Shown piece by piece: positions 22,886 to 34,087 of a stretch of 64,000 nt of DNA (positions within the stretch are counted from its first letter, which is position 1; every line of letters begins with the position of its first letter). Under the pieces are notes generated by a model. The model was given only the letters and a program-made list of their open reading frames with translations, did not search any database and was not told the origin of the DNA. This stretch comes from Spiroplasma sp. GTDB taxonomy: Bacteria > Bacillota_I > Bacilli_A > Mycoplasmatales > MT37. Made by a program: the position numbers and the translations under genes. The stretch is taken from the NCBI GenBank assembly GCA_965226525.1, contig OZ245361.1:468938-532937 (forward strand), in the 5' to 3' direction.

Positions 22886-25800
22886 ATGAAAAAGAAATCA
22901 GATAATTTTAGTTTAAGGATTGGTTTAGCAAGTGATAGCACCATTAGAAGTTGGTCTTATGGAGAAGTAAAAAAACCAGAGACCATTAACTATAAAACTG
23001 AGAAACCAGTTCCAGATGGTTTGTTTTGTGAAAAGATTTTTGGTCCAGTAAAAAACAATGAATGTAGTTGTGGTAAATACAAAAGATTTCAAAACCGGGG
23101 AAAAGTTTGTGAGCGTTGCAATGTTTTGGTGACAGATAGCATTGTTCGTCGCCATCGAATGGGTCATATTGAGTTGGAAGGACCAGTTGTTCATATCTGG
23201 TTTCACCGGGCAATCCCTTCTAAACTAGCTATTTTTTTGGATTTACCAACAACAATTTTGGACAATATTATTTATTATGATTCTTATGCTGTTGTTGATA
23301 ATGGTGGATTTAGTGATCTAAAGTTGGGTGCTAGCATTGCTTTACGTAATAGTGCAATTGAAAATGTGGAAAGTGAAAGTTATGTTTTAACTAAAAAGAT
23401 TTTGGAGCATTTGTTAAAAACTGAAAAAGATCCTGAAATTTATGCTGAGATTCAAAACTTTTTAATTACTTTGGAATCAGAAGATGATTCTTTTTTTGTT
23501 CAAGAGTTTATTCTTTTTGTTAATGAGAAAACTAATATTCAACTGGAAACAGGCGCTCTCGCTGTTGAAAAGTTGCTTAAGGCAGTTAATATTGAAAATG
23601 AGATTAATGTTTTAAAGGAGAAATTATCTAAAACCTTTCTCTCTGCCGCTAATTCTAATGCTGGCACACGTTTATTGAAACGTTTGGAAGTTTTGAATAG
23701 TTTTCTCAACAGCAAGCAAAAGCCAGAGTGGATGGTGACTAGAACAATTCCTGTTCTGCCTCCAGAGTTACGCCCAATTGTTTCATTAGATGGTGGTAAG
23801 TTTGCTGCTGCCGGGATTAATAATCTGTATGCTGAATTGTTAATTAGAAAAGGACGTTTACAAAAAAGCAATGAGAAAGGAGCTCCTATTTTCATGATTA
23901 ATGAGTTACAAAGACAAATTCAAGAAGCAGTGGATTTGATTTTTGACAACTCTTTAGTATCAGAAAGAAGAAAAAAAGTTACTCAATCTAACCTTAAATC
24001 AATTGCTACTAATTTAAAGGGAAAAACTGGTCGTTTCCGTCAAAATTTGTTAGGAAAAAGGGTTGATTATTCAGCTGGTTCAGTAATTGCTGGTGGTCCA
24101 AAATTGCGTTTAGATGAATGTGGTTTACCTCGGGACATTGCCTTTGTACTTTTCCGGCACTTCATTATTTCCCAACTAATTCAGAAAGATTTAGCTCCCA
24201 ACAAGAAAATAGCAGAAAAAATTATTGATGAACAACAGCCAATTATTTGGGATTTATTGGAAGAAATTATGAAAAATTATCCAGTTATTTTAAATCGTGC
24301 TCCAACTTTGCACAGATTAGGAATTCAAGCTTTTTATCCCAAGTTGATTCGAGGACAAGCAATTTTACTACATCCTTTAGTAACTACTGCTTATAATGCT
24401 GATTTTGATGGTGATCGAATGCCTATTCATTTGCCATTAACCGAGGTTGCTAAGCAGGAAGCAAGAGATCTACTTTTAAGCACTAAAAACATCTTAAATC
24501 CTCGAAATGGTAACTTAATCGTAATGCCTACTCAAGACATTGTTTTAGGACTTTATTATTTAACTTTTGAAAGTAAAGGCAACAAAGGAGAGGGCATTAT
24601 TTTTTCAGATCTGAACTCAGTTTTGCTAGCTTATTGGAGCAACAAAATCCAATTGCATACTCTTATCTTCTGTCCTGTTAGTGTCTTAGAAAAAAACACT
24701 CTCAAGCAACATTCTGATAATTTGGTGATTACTACTGTTGGTAAATTGATTTTTAATCAGGTTTTTGGTCCTGAGTTTAATTATATTTCAGACATAAGTT
24801 GGACAGACGAGGTTGTTTCTTTCCCAGTCAGTGCTGATTTAAAGAAAGTTTTGGCTGATTATCAATTGAAAAAACCTATTAATAAAATTGTTCTTTCAGA
24901 GATTATTAATCATTTTTTGCAACAGTTTGGTTTTGAAAGAACTGTTCAACTGTTAGATGATTTAAAGGATTTAGGTTTTCAGTATTCTACTTGTTCTGGG
25001 ACTACTGTCTCTTTGTTTGATCTTTGATCCCATCACATTGAGAAAAAAGAGTTGTTTTTAGAAACAGAGCAAAAAGTAGATAAAATTCGTTATTTTTTGC
25101 AAATAGGAGCCTTAACCTTAGAAGAAAAACAAGGACAAAAAATTAAAGAATGAACTGTTGTAAAAGAAAAGATTGAAAGTAAATTAAAAAATTATTTTGA
25201 TGATGTTAGTTTGGATAAACCTATTCGATTAATGATTGATTCAGGAGCCAGGGGAAGTATTGCTAACTTTACTCAATTGGTAGGGATAAGAGGTTTGATG
25301 ACTAACACTAAAGGAAGAGTGATTGACACTCCTATTAAGTCTTCATTGACTGAAGGTTTGTCTGTACTTGAATATTATATTTCCACTTATGGCGCTCGTA
25401 AAGGAATGGTAGATACTGCTTTAAAGACTGCTGACTCTGGTTATTTGACCAGAAGACTTGTTGATGCAACACATGATTTTTACACTGTTGTTGATGATTG
25501 CCAGACCAAAAGATTTTTAACTGTTCAAGCAATTTTGGGTAAGATGGATTCAGTAGTTGTTCCTTTGTTGAAAAGGATCTATGGTAGATTTAGTGCTGAG
25601 AATGTTTTCAGTCCCCAAAAAGAATTATTGATCACTGCTAATCAATTAATTACCAAAGAGGTTGCTCACAAAATTGTCAAAACTGGTGTTAAGAAAGTAA
25701 AGATTAGATCTGTTTTGACATGTGAAGCACCACGGGGAGTGTGTTGTTTTTGTTTTGGACTAGATTTGGCAAAGAATAGATTGATTGAAAAGGGACAAGC

Positions 25801-26623
25801 AGTTGGTGTATTGGCATCACAATCAATTGGTGAACCAGCTACTCAATTGACAATGAGAACTTTTCATACTGGTGGAGTTGCTGATGTTTCAGATATTACT
25901 CAGGGATTGCCAAGGATTATTGAACTTTTTGATGTTGTTACTCCTCGACAAAGAGAAGCAATTTTAGTTCCTTTTGCTGGCACAATAACTGCTGTGGATG
26001 AAGTTGATAACTTGGATTATGAAGTTGAAATTACTTCTCAGGATAAGTTAAAAAGAGTTTTGTTTAAAGTTAAACATGGAACTAACTTTTTTGCTAAAAA
26101 ACATCAAGTTGTTGCTCCAGGAGACATCTTGACAGAAGGAACAGTTAATTTAGTCAAAATGTTAGCAACTACTAAAGACTTTAAAAAGGTTGCTAATTAC
26201 ATCATTGAACAAGTTCAGAAAGTTTATTGTTTACAAGGGATTGAAATTGCTGATAAGTATATTGAAATAATTGCAACTAAAATGCTTTCTCGTTCTAAAG
26301 TTGTTGAACCAGGTGATTCTCAATTAATGTTTGGACAAGAATTAGAGACTTATGTTTTGATTGAAGAAAATATGAAATTAGCTGCTAATCAACAAAAAAA
26401 GATTCAATTTGTTCCAGTTATTTGTGGGATCAAAAGTGTTGCTACTAAAACTAATTCTTTTCTTTCAGCAGCTAGTTTTCAGGAAACAACAAAAGTTTTG
26501 ATTAATGCTGCTATTGAAAACCGAGTTGATTCACTTTATGGTTTGAAGGAAAATGTAATTGTTGGTAACATTATTCCTGTTGGTACTGGTTATGGTAAAA
26601 AAGATGAAGGAAGTCAATCCTAA
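22886..26623 (+). CDS. rpoC: DNA-directed RNA polymerase subunit beta'
   Basis: Zn-finger region CSCGKYKRF..CERC, catalytic NADFDGDRM, and RGLMTNTKG. Track ORFs 22886 and 25211 are in the same frame. Confidence 0.97.
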
Positions 26624-27080
26624 ATTATTTCCTCTTAAGGTAGTAGTTGGTAGTGATCATGCTGGTTTTGTTTTGAAGGAAGAAGTTAAATCTTGGTTGT
26701 TGCAATTGGGTTTTTCAGTTAAAGACGTTGGTTGTTTCAACATTTCTAAGGTTGATTTTGTTCCCTATGCAAATAAAGCAGTTCAATTAATTGTTGAAAA
26801 GCAAGTTGATTTTGGTGTTTTATTTTGTTTTTCTGGTGTGGGTATGAACATTGCTGCTAATAGGTTTAAAGGTGTTCGTTCAGTTCGAGTTACACCTAAC
26901 GAAGAAAAAATTCTTTCTTTAGCAAGGAAACATAATGATGTTAATTTACTTTCCCTTGGCAGTGGTTTCACTACTTTAGCAGCAGCAAAAAAACTGCTTA
27001 CTGTTTTTTTGCAAACTACTTTTACTCATTTAACTCGTTATCAAAGAAGAAATCAACTTCTTGATCAAAACAGTAACTAA
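26604..27080 (+). CDS. rpiB: Ribose-5-phosphate isomerase B
   Basis: KVVVGSDHAGFVLKEEVKSWL... and FCFSGVGMNIAANRFKGVR are RpiB/LacAB motifs. ATG at 26604 overlaps the rpoC stop. Confidence 0.85.
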   Translation: MKEVNPKLFPLKVVVGSDHAGFVLKEEVKSWLLQLGFSVKDVGCFNISKVDFVPYANKAVQLIVEKQVDFGVLFCFSGVGMNIAANRFKGVRSVRVTPNEEKILSLARKHNDVNLLSLGSGFTTLAAAKKLLTVFLQTTFTHLTRYQRRNQLLDQNSN

Positions 27081-27099
27081 TTCTATTTATTTTTTTTTC

Positions 27100-27108
27100 T
27101 GTTATAAT
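27100..27108 (+). promoter_or_regulatory. Extended -10 promoter element TGTTATAAT for the Cys-rich small ORF
   Basis: Consensus TGnTATAAT after a T-tract. It shares the TGTTATAATCT core with the rpoB promoter at 19131. Confidence 0.55.
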
Positions 27109-27138
27109 CTGAACTGTTTTGTAGGAGGTTTGGTGTAA

Positions 27139-27234
27139 ATGAGTTGTTCAAGTAAGTGTAATTGTTGTGGTTGTTCAAGCAAGAAGGATTGCAAATGTAG
27201 TTCTGATTGTAAAGATTGTAACTGTAAGAAATAG
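27139..27234 (+). CDS. Small cysteine-rich peptide (31 aa, 10 Cys), metallothionein-like
   Basis: MSCSSKCNCCGCSSKKDCKCSSDCKDCNCKK. AGGAGG at 27123-27128 lies 10 nt before the ATG. It has its own -10 element and an intrinsic terminator. It is absent from the ORF track because it is under 60 aa. Confidence 0.6.
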   Translation: MSCSSKCNCCGCSSKKDCKCSSDCKDCNCKK

Positions 27235-27276
27235 TTATATTCTGAGTCTTTTAACATTTAGTTAGAAGAAAGTTTT

Positions 27277-27312
27277 AAAAAAACCAGGATGTTTTTTTCA
27301 TCCTGGTTTTTT
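27277..27312. terminator. Bidirectional intrinsic terminator between the small Cys-rich ORF (+) and uvrC (-)
   Basis: AAAAAAACCAGGATG-TTTTTTT-CATCCTGGTTTTTT is a perfect GC-containing stem flanked by an A-run and a T-run. The uvrC stop lies at 27318-27320. Confidence 0.8.
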
Positions 27313-27317
27313 GTTTT

Positions 27318-28916
27318 CTATTCTTCTTTCTGTCTTGCTTTTTTCCTTCTTAAGTAATGAAGGTTTTTAATTACGTATTCATGACCTTGAGTTTGAATTG
27401 AGTTTAGAAAAAGTCAGGTTTTGCTTGTTTTTTTGATTTGGATTCTTTGCCCTTGACTGTCTAGAATGTATTCAGTTTGGTGTTTTTTGTTTTTCACTAG
27501 GCAGATTATGTGACAATCTTTTTTCAAAAGTTCCATTCCTGCTTTTACTCCTTGAAGTTGCAAAAAACTACCATCCAAAATGATTAATTTAGGTAGTGGG
27601 TTTTTTTGATAATGAAGAGTAATAGCTTTTTTGAAATACTCTTTTTCATTGTGTAATACCCCTTTTATTTGATAAATTTTGTTTTTTCTAGTTAAAAAAA
27701 AACCATTTAAGTAGTGGGTAAAGCCAGCAACTACTAATTTTTCATCAAAGTAAGATAGATCTAAAAATTCAATTTGTTTAATATTTTCTTCTTTTATTTT
27801 TAACTTTATTGCTAAATCTTTAAGAATTTGTATTTTGTCAGTTTGTTTTGCAACAACCGCCTTATTTTTCAATAAAATTAAGGCATTTTTTTTGACAAGA
27901 TCTAAGATTTCTTTTTTTTTGCCTGTTTGAGGAGAAATTAATTTAACTGAACAATTTTTGCTTCAGTTTTTTAAATTCACTTCTCTAGGAGCGATTATTT
28001 CTTCTGGTAGCGGGTGGTAAGTATAGATTTCTTGCAAGAAGTTTTCTATTGTTTCTTGCCTGTTGTTGTTAAAAAGACTGAATAAACCTTCTTTTTTGAG
28101 TTGTAGTTTGCCATGTTGATAGAAAAAAATTACAATTACAATTTCTTCTTCTTCCTCAACAAAGTTAATAAAATCAAGATTTTTATTATTATTGAACTCT
28201 ACTTTTTGTTTTTGGACAAATTCATCAATTTTTTCTGTTAATTTCTTTCATTTTTCTGCTTCTTCAAAATGCAAAATTTTCACTGCTTGGACAATTTTTT
28301 GTTGACATTGTTTTTTAATTTTACTTACTTTACCCTGAAAAAAAAGTTTTATTTTTCTGATTTGTTTTTGATAATAACTAGGATCTACTTTTTGGAAACA
28401 AGCACCAGAACATTGTTGTAAGTGGTAGTAAAAACATGGTTTTTTTGCTACAAATTTGCTACATCTTCTTAAAGGAAAAAGCATTTTGAGTAAATTAATC
28501 ATTTCTCTGGCATTGTAGTAATTTGGAAAAGGCCCATAGTAGATTCCTGGTTTTTTGATTCTCTTTCAAGTTAGGAAATATTGTGGGTCTTTATCCTTGA
28601 CCGAGATGAGGATGTATGGATATGTTTGACTATCAGTCAGGATAATGTTAAATCTAGGGTGGTATTTCTTGATTAAATTGTGTTCTAAAATGAAAGCCTC
28701 TTTTTCATTATCAGTTATGAAAGTCTCTCATTCTCTGATTGTATTAATCATTAAGGAGGTTTTGCTGTTTTTATTTTGACTTTGAAAATGTTGTCAAATT
28801 CTTTTTTGAATGTTTTTGGCTTTGCCAACATAGATGACATTTCTGCTTGCATCCTTAAATAAATAACAACCTGTTTTTTTAGTTGTGTTTTGTAAAACAC
28901 CTGCAAAGGCCTTCAT
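27318..28916 (-). CDS. uvrC: Excinuclease ABC subunit C; appears to lack the C-terminal (HhH)2 domain
   Basis: GIY-YIG region ([20 protein letters not shown]), a Cys-rich/UVR region (track ORF 28248-28502) and an endonuclease domain (IEFLDLSY..., [15 protein letters not shown]). The product is 532 aa and ends just after ...[20 protein letters not shown]. Confidence 0.85.
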
Positions 28917-29026
28917 TAAAAAGTCTTATTTTTGTATAAAAAAGACATAAAAACCATCAATAATCTACCTTGTTGAACTGATATATGCTATTATAACTGG
29001 AAGGTTCTTATGTTCTTTGTTTTTTG

Positions 29027-29329
29027 ATGAAAAAGATTAAAATTGTTGTTTGTGGTTATGAACACAAGTCTGTAGATGATGCAGTCTCAAGGATAATTGA
29101 GGTTGCACGTTTATCTGGTTCTAAGGTAAGAGGTCCAATTCCTCTTCCTACTAGGAGAGAGGTGTTTACTGTTTTGCGTGGTGTTTTTCGACACAAGGAT
29201 TCTCGTGAACAGTTTGCTAGAAGTCAGCACAAACGTTTACTTGTGGTTTGACTTAACTCAAAGACTACTGATTCATTAAAAAACATTCAGTTGTCAACAA
29301 GTGTAAGTCTTTCTATTAAAACTGTTTAA
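29027..29329 (+). CDS. rpsJ: 30S ribosomal protein S10
   Basis: KIKIVVCGYEHKSVDDAV...VRGPIPLPTRREVFTVLRGVFRHKDSREQF. Confidence 0.95.
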
Positions 29330-29343
29330 GTTTATTGAAAATA

Positions 29344-30114
29344 ATGAAAGGTTTAATTGGTAGAAAAAAAAATGTTTGTCAACTTTTTACAGTTGATGGT
29401 AGTGTTTTGCCTGTAACAATTGTTGAGGTTTTACCTAACTTTGTTAGTCAGGTTAAAACAGAAAAACAAGATGGTTATTCAGCTTTACAGTTAGCAACAG
29501 GTTTTAGAAAAAAGAAAAATTTATCTAAACCTCTCATTCATCATCTTGCTAAGACTGGTTTAAAAGAGAAAAGAGTGATTGCTGAATTTGCTAATATGAA
29601 TAGTTATAAATTGGGTGAGCAGGTTTTAGTTTCCTTGTTTCAGAGTGGAGATTTTGTTAATGTTCAAGCAGTTTCTAAAGGGAAAGGTATGTCTGGTGTC
29701 ATTAAACGTCATAATTTCTCACGTGGTCCAATGACTCATGGTTCTAAACATCATCGTGCTCCTGGTTCTGTGGGACTTTCTCGTCCTGATAAAGTTTGAA
29801 AAGGGCAGCCTTTACCAGGAAGAAAAGGTGGTCAAAAAACAACAGTTAAAAACCTTTTAGTTGTTAAGGTAGATGAACAAAAAAACCTTTTAGTTGTTAA
29901 AGGAACTTTTGCTGGACCTTTAAATTCTTTTTGTAAAATTTACCTAAGTTCTACTAAGTCTAAGACTTCTAGTGTTAGTTTGTTTTCTTTTTTAACAGAT
30001 CAGAAGAATAAAATCAGTTCTGGAGCAGAAAAAATTTCAGTTGGAACAAAGGTTAATAAGGATTTAGGGCAAGAGAAAGAGATTAGTTCTTCATTAAAGG
30101 TAAGCAATGGTTAG
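29344..30114 (+). CDS. rplC: 50S ribosomal protein L3 with a C-terminal extension
   Basis: MKGLIGRKK...GKGMSGVIKRHNFSRGPMTHGSKHHRAPGSVG. TGA at 29797 is read as Trp. TAG stop at 30112-30114. Confidence 0.95.
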
Positions 30115-30805
30115 TTCTACAACAGTTTCAAAAAAGGTTCAGGTAGTTGATAAACCTGTTGAACAAAAGGTTTTTTTTTCTGATTTTGTTTATGATTTTG
30201 CTACAAAGAAGTTGAGAAAAATTGTTTTAGATCCTAAAATTTGAAAGAAAGAGGTAAAAAAACACCTAGTTCAACAGGTTGTTGTTTCTCAACAAGCTTC
30301 TTGACGTTTATTGAATAGAAAGAGGGTTAAGGATCGTTCTGATGTCTCAGGTGGAGGTAAGAAGCCTTGAAAACAAAAAGGTACTGGTAGAGCTCGTCAT
30401 GGTTCCATTCGTTCTCCTCTCTGAAGAGGTGGTGGTGTTACATTTGGACCAACAGGAAAAGAAAACTATGCTAAAAAAAGCAACAGAAAAGTTTTTAGGC
30501 AAGCCCTTACTATGATCTTAGGTAGTTTTTATCAAAGTCAGAATTTGTTGTTATGAAAAGATCAAGATTTTGCAGAAATTAAAACAAAGCAGGTTTTTGA
30601 CCTTTTGGTAAAGTTTAACCTTCTAGAAAAAAAAGTACTTTTTATTGTTGAACAGGGTTTTCCTAATTTACTTTTGAGTGCTAAAAATTTAAAGAATGTA
30701 AAGATTATTTTTGTTCAAAATTTAAATCCTTATGATTTAGTTAATAGTGATAAGTTGTTGTTACAGAGTAGTGTTGTTCCTTTTATTGAAAAATGGTTGG
30801 GATAA
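30107..30805 (+). CDS. rplD: 50S ribosomal protein L4
   Basis: [35 protein letters not shown], with several TGA Trp codons. It overlaps rplC by 8 nt. Confidence 0.95.
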
Positions 30806-30817
30806 AAAATTAAGGTT

Positions 30818-31228
30818 ATGAATTTTTTAGGAGTTTTAAAAAAACCACTGGTTACAGAGAAAAGTTATAAGTTATCTGAGCGACAAAAGTATGTCTTTGT
30901 TGTTTTTCCAGAGGTTAAAAAAACTGATGTTAAGCAAGTTTTTGAAATGATTTTTAATGTTAAGGTACAGAAAGTAAACATTCTTAAGATTAAACCTAAA
31001 CCTAGAAGAATTGGTCGTTTTTCTGGTTATAAAAAAGGTTTTAAAAAAGCAGTTATAACTCTTTTGCCAGGTCAAAAGTTAGATGTTTTTAGTGGTTCTG
31101 ATGACAAGAAAGAGAAGAGTGTTCGTCAAGATAAAAGTTTCTTTGATAGAATTAAAGAGCAGTTTTTAGGTTTGAAAGATCTTAATAATCAACAGTCAAA
31201 TCTAAAGAAAAAAAGTGAAGAAGATTAA
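30818..31228 (+). CDS. rplW: 50S ribosomal protein L23 with a C-terminal extension
   Basis: [13 protein letters not shown]...[19 protein letters not shown]...KKAVITL. Confidence 0.9.
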   Translation: MNFLGVLKKPLVTEKSYKLSERQKYVFVVFPEVKKTDVKQVFEMIFNVKVQKVNILKIKPKPRRIGRFSGYKKGFKKAVITLLPGQKLDVFSGSDDKKEKSVRQDKSFFDRIKEQFLGLKDLNNQQSNLKKKSEED

Positions 31229-32063
31229 AAAATTAAAACCTGTTAATAACTCTAGTCGAAACACTTTTTTGCCCAACTACAGAGTTGTTTTGACTAATGA
31301 TAAACCAGAAAAAAGTTTGCTGGATAAATTGATAAAAAGATCTGGTCGGAATAATACTGGCAAGATCACAGTTCGTCATCGAGGTGGTGGTTCTTCTCAT
31401 CATTATCGACTTATTGACTTTAAGAGGAGTAAGTTTGGCATTTCTGCCAAAATAAAGACAATTGAATATGATCCAAATCGTAGTTGTTTTATTTCTTTAG
31501 TTGTTTATAGAGATGGAACTAAAAAATATATTTTGTATCCTAAGGGTTTGAAGGTTGGTGATTCTATTATCAGTGGTAAAAATGTTAAAGTACAAACAGG
31601 AAATGCCCTACCTTTATTCCAGATTCCTGGAGGAGTTTTGGTTCATAATGTTGAATTAAGACCTGGTCAAGGCGGAAAACTAATCCGTTCTGCTGGTGCT
31701 TCAGCACAAGTTTTAGGTTTAGATGATAGTCAAAAGTATGTTATTTTGAAGTTAGTTTCTGGTGAAACTCGAAAAATTTTAAAAAATTGTTTTGCTACAG
31801 TTGGAGCGGTTGGTAATGAAGAACACTCTCTAACTAAATATGGTAAAGCTGGTCGTAAACGCTGGTTAGGTGTTCGTCCAACAGTCAGAGGTGCTGCAAT
31901 GAATGCTGTTGACCATCCTCATGGAGGTGGTGAAGGACATGCGCCAATTGGTCGTAGTTCACCCTACACTAAATGGGGTAAACGAGCAATGGGTGTTGTA
32001 ACCCGGAAGAAGAAGCAGTTTTCTTCTCAATTAATTTTGAGAGGAAGAAAAAAAAGAAAATAA
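31215..32063 (+). CDS. rplB: 50S ribosomal protein L2
   Basis: [16 protein letters not shown] and [28 protein letters not shown] start. Confidence 0.95.
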   Translation: MKKIKKLKPVNNSSRNTFLPNYRVVLTNDKPEKSLLDKLIKRSGRNNTGKITVRHRGGGSSHHYRLIDFKRSKFGISAKIKTIEYDPNRSCFISLVVYRDGTKKYILYPKGLKVGDSIISGKNVKVQTGNALPLFQIPGGVLVHNVELRPGQGGKLIRSAGASAQVLGLDDSQKYVILKLVSGETRKILKNCFATVGAVGNEEHSLTKYGKAGRKRWLGVRPTVRGAAMNAVDHPHGGGEGHAPIGRSSPYTKWGKRAMGVVTRKKKQFSSQLILRGRKKRK

Positions 32064-32083
32064 AATTGATAGAATAAGGGATT

Positions 32084-32359
32084 ATGGCAAGGTCTCTTAA
32101 GAAAGGTGCATATGCTCATCCCTCATTGTTTGAGAAGTTGGCAAGAATGAAAAAAACAGGCAAGAAGCAGGTTATAAAAACATGAGCTCGTCGTTCAACA
32201 ATTTTTCCTGACTTTGTTGGTTACACTTTTGCTGTTCACAATGGTAAAAAACATCTTCCTGTTTTTGTTACTGAAGAGATGGTTGGTCACAAGTTGGGTG
32301 AGTTTTCCCCCACTCGTCGTTTCGGTGGACACACTCACAACAGAAAAAAAGATAAATAG
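32084..32359 (+). CDS. rpsS: 30S ribosomal protein S19
   Basis: [10 protein letters not shown]...[50 protein letters not shown]. The internal TGA keeps it out of the ORF track. Confidence 0.95.
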
Positions 32360-32367
32360 GATTAGAG

Positions 32368-32730
32368 ATGGTTCAAGCTTTTTTAAAAAATTTACCAATT
32401 ACACCACGCAAAGTTCGTCTAGTAACTGATCTGATTGCTAAAAAACCTCTTGCAAAAGTTTTAACTATTTTAGAAAACAATTATAAAAGAGCTTCACTTC
32501 CTCTTTTTAAGTTATTAAATTCAGCAATTGCTAATGCTACCAACAACTCTAAGTTGAATGCTAATAACTTAGAAATTCAGGTTATTGAAGTTAATGAAGG
32601 GAAGAAATTAAAAAGGTTTAGACCCCGGGCAAAAGGAGCAACATATAAAATTTGAAAACGTTATTCTCATGTCAGAATTGTTCTTGGTGAGTTTAAAAAA
32701 ACAAATTCAGCAATTGATAAAAAAGAGTAG
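32368..32730 (+). CDS. rplV: 50S ribosomal protein L22
   Basis: [26 protein letters not shown]...[24 protein letters not shown]. Confidence 0.95.
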
Positions 32731-32732
32731 TT

Positions 32733-33416
32733 ATGGGTCAGAAAGTTAGTCCGCTAGGTTTACGTTTAGGTATTAATCAAAATTGGAGGTCTCGTTGGTC
32801 AGCGCCAAAGGGAAAGTTGAGTCTTTGAATCAAAGAAGATTTACTTATTCGCCAAACTTTAAAAAAAGTTTTAAGCAATGCCTTTATTGCTAAGGTAGAA
32901 ATTGAGAGACAAGATGAAATTATCTACATCTTTTTGTGATCATCACATCTAGGTGCTGTTTTGGGACAAGGCAATAAAAATGTTGAAAGAATTGTTTTCA
33001 TTTTAAAGAAAGTTCTAAAAAAACGTTTTTGTAAAATTAGAATTAAAGTTAATGAGGTAAAAAATCCTCACTTGAATGCTCAATTGATAGCAAATGATAT
33101 TGCTTATAAAATTGTTAACCGAGAAAATTATCGAGTTGTGCAAAAACAAGCAATTAAAGGTGCTATTCGCTCAGGTGCTAGAGGTATTAAAGTAGCAATT
33201 GCTGGTCGTTTAAATGGTGCTGATATTGCTCGCCGAGAGTATTTAAGTGAAGGAAAAATTCCTCTTTCTACTCTCAGTGCTAACATTGATTATGGAGCAG
33301 CGCAGTCACTAACTGGATATGGTCAAGTTGGAGTTAAAGTTTGAATTTGCCATGATAATTTATCAGCAAAATCTGGAGTTAGAGAAAAAATGTTTGTAGA
33401 AAAGGAGAAATTTTAG
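32733..33416 (+). CDS. rpsC: 30S ribosomal protein S3
   Basis: [22 protein letters not shown]... and a KH domain. It joins track ORF 32961 in frame. Confidence 0.95.
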
Positions 33417-33418
33417 TA

Positions 33419-33835
33419 ATGCTTTTACCTAAAAAAACAATTTGAAGAAAGCCTCACCGAGTTAAATATGATGGTCTTGCTAAAGGAGCTAAAACTGTTA
33501 GTTTTGGTGAGTATGGATTACAAGCACTGCAAGGAAATTGAATAACTAACAACCAGATTGAAGCGGCAAGAGTTGCAATTAATCGTTTTATTAAGAAGGA
33601 AGGAAAGATGTGAATTCGTATTTTCCCCCATTTTGCTAAGACTGCAAAACCAATTCAGGTAAGGATGGGTTCAGGAAAAGGCAATGTTGAAAAGTGGGTA
33701 GCAGTTGCTAAAAGGGGAACAGTTCTTTTTGAGGTTGGTGGTGTTGGTGTTCAGTTGGCAAAAAAAGCTATTTATGCTGCAGGCAACAAGTTACCAATTA
33801 AATGAAAGTTTGTCAGTAAAGAAAAGGAGGTTTAG
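33419..33835 (+). CDS. rplP: 50S ribosomal protein L16
   Basis: [19 protein letters not shown]...[23 protein letters not shown]. Four TGA Trp codons keep it out of the track. Confidence 0.95.
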
Positions 33836-33840
33836 GTTAC

Positions 33841-34050
33841 ATGAGTACTATGAAAGAGTTTTTAAAACTGGAACCAAAAAAACTTCAGGAGAAGTTACAG
33901 GAGTTGAAAGGCAGACTTTTTGTTTTAAGATTTCAGATTGCCAATGGTAAAACCAATAAATACAGTGATGTGAGAAAATTAAAAGTCCAAATTGCTCAGG
34001 TTCTTACCATTTTTAATCAGTACCAAGTGAAGAAAAAGGTTGCTTCCTAG
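33841..34050 (+). CDS. rpmC: 50S ribosomal protein L29
   Basis: EFLKLEPKKLQEKLQELKGRLFVLRFQIANGKTNKYSDVRKLKVQIAQV. Confidence 0.9.
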   Translation: MSTMKEFLKLEPKKLQEKLQELKGRLFVLRFQIANGKTNKYSDVRKLKVQIAQVLTIFNQYQVKKKVAS

Positions 34051-34087
34051 TTTGTTAATTTTGGAGTTTACAACTAATTAAAAGTTA

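Noticed and set aside
27139-27312. The Cys-rich ORF followed by a terminator could be a leader-peptide attenuator sensing cysteine or Cys-tRNA supply.
   Set aside because: Nothing lies downstream to regulate, because the next gene (uvrC) is convergent and shares the terminator. I see no alternative antiterminator pairing, and cysS is 24 kb away. A stand-alone small gene is the simpler reading.
29010-29072. A small ORF starting at ATG 29010, after GGAAGG, that overlaps the rpsJ start.
   Set aside because: It is out of frame with S10 and encodes a non-conserved hydrophobic string (MFFVFWWKRLKLLFVVMNTSL). It is most likely fortuitous, and the S10 alignment supports ATG 29027.
29841-29900. Tandem DNA repeat AAAAACCTTTTAGTTGTTAA(G/A)G, present twice within 60 nt.
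   Set aside because: It lies inside rplC and encodes KNLLVVKVDEQKNLLVVKG, which corresponds to the normal L3 …v.nl.vv.vd.e.nlllvkG… segment. It is not an independent repeat element.
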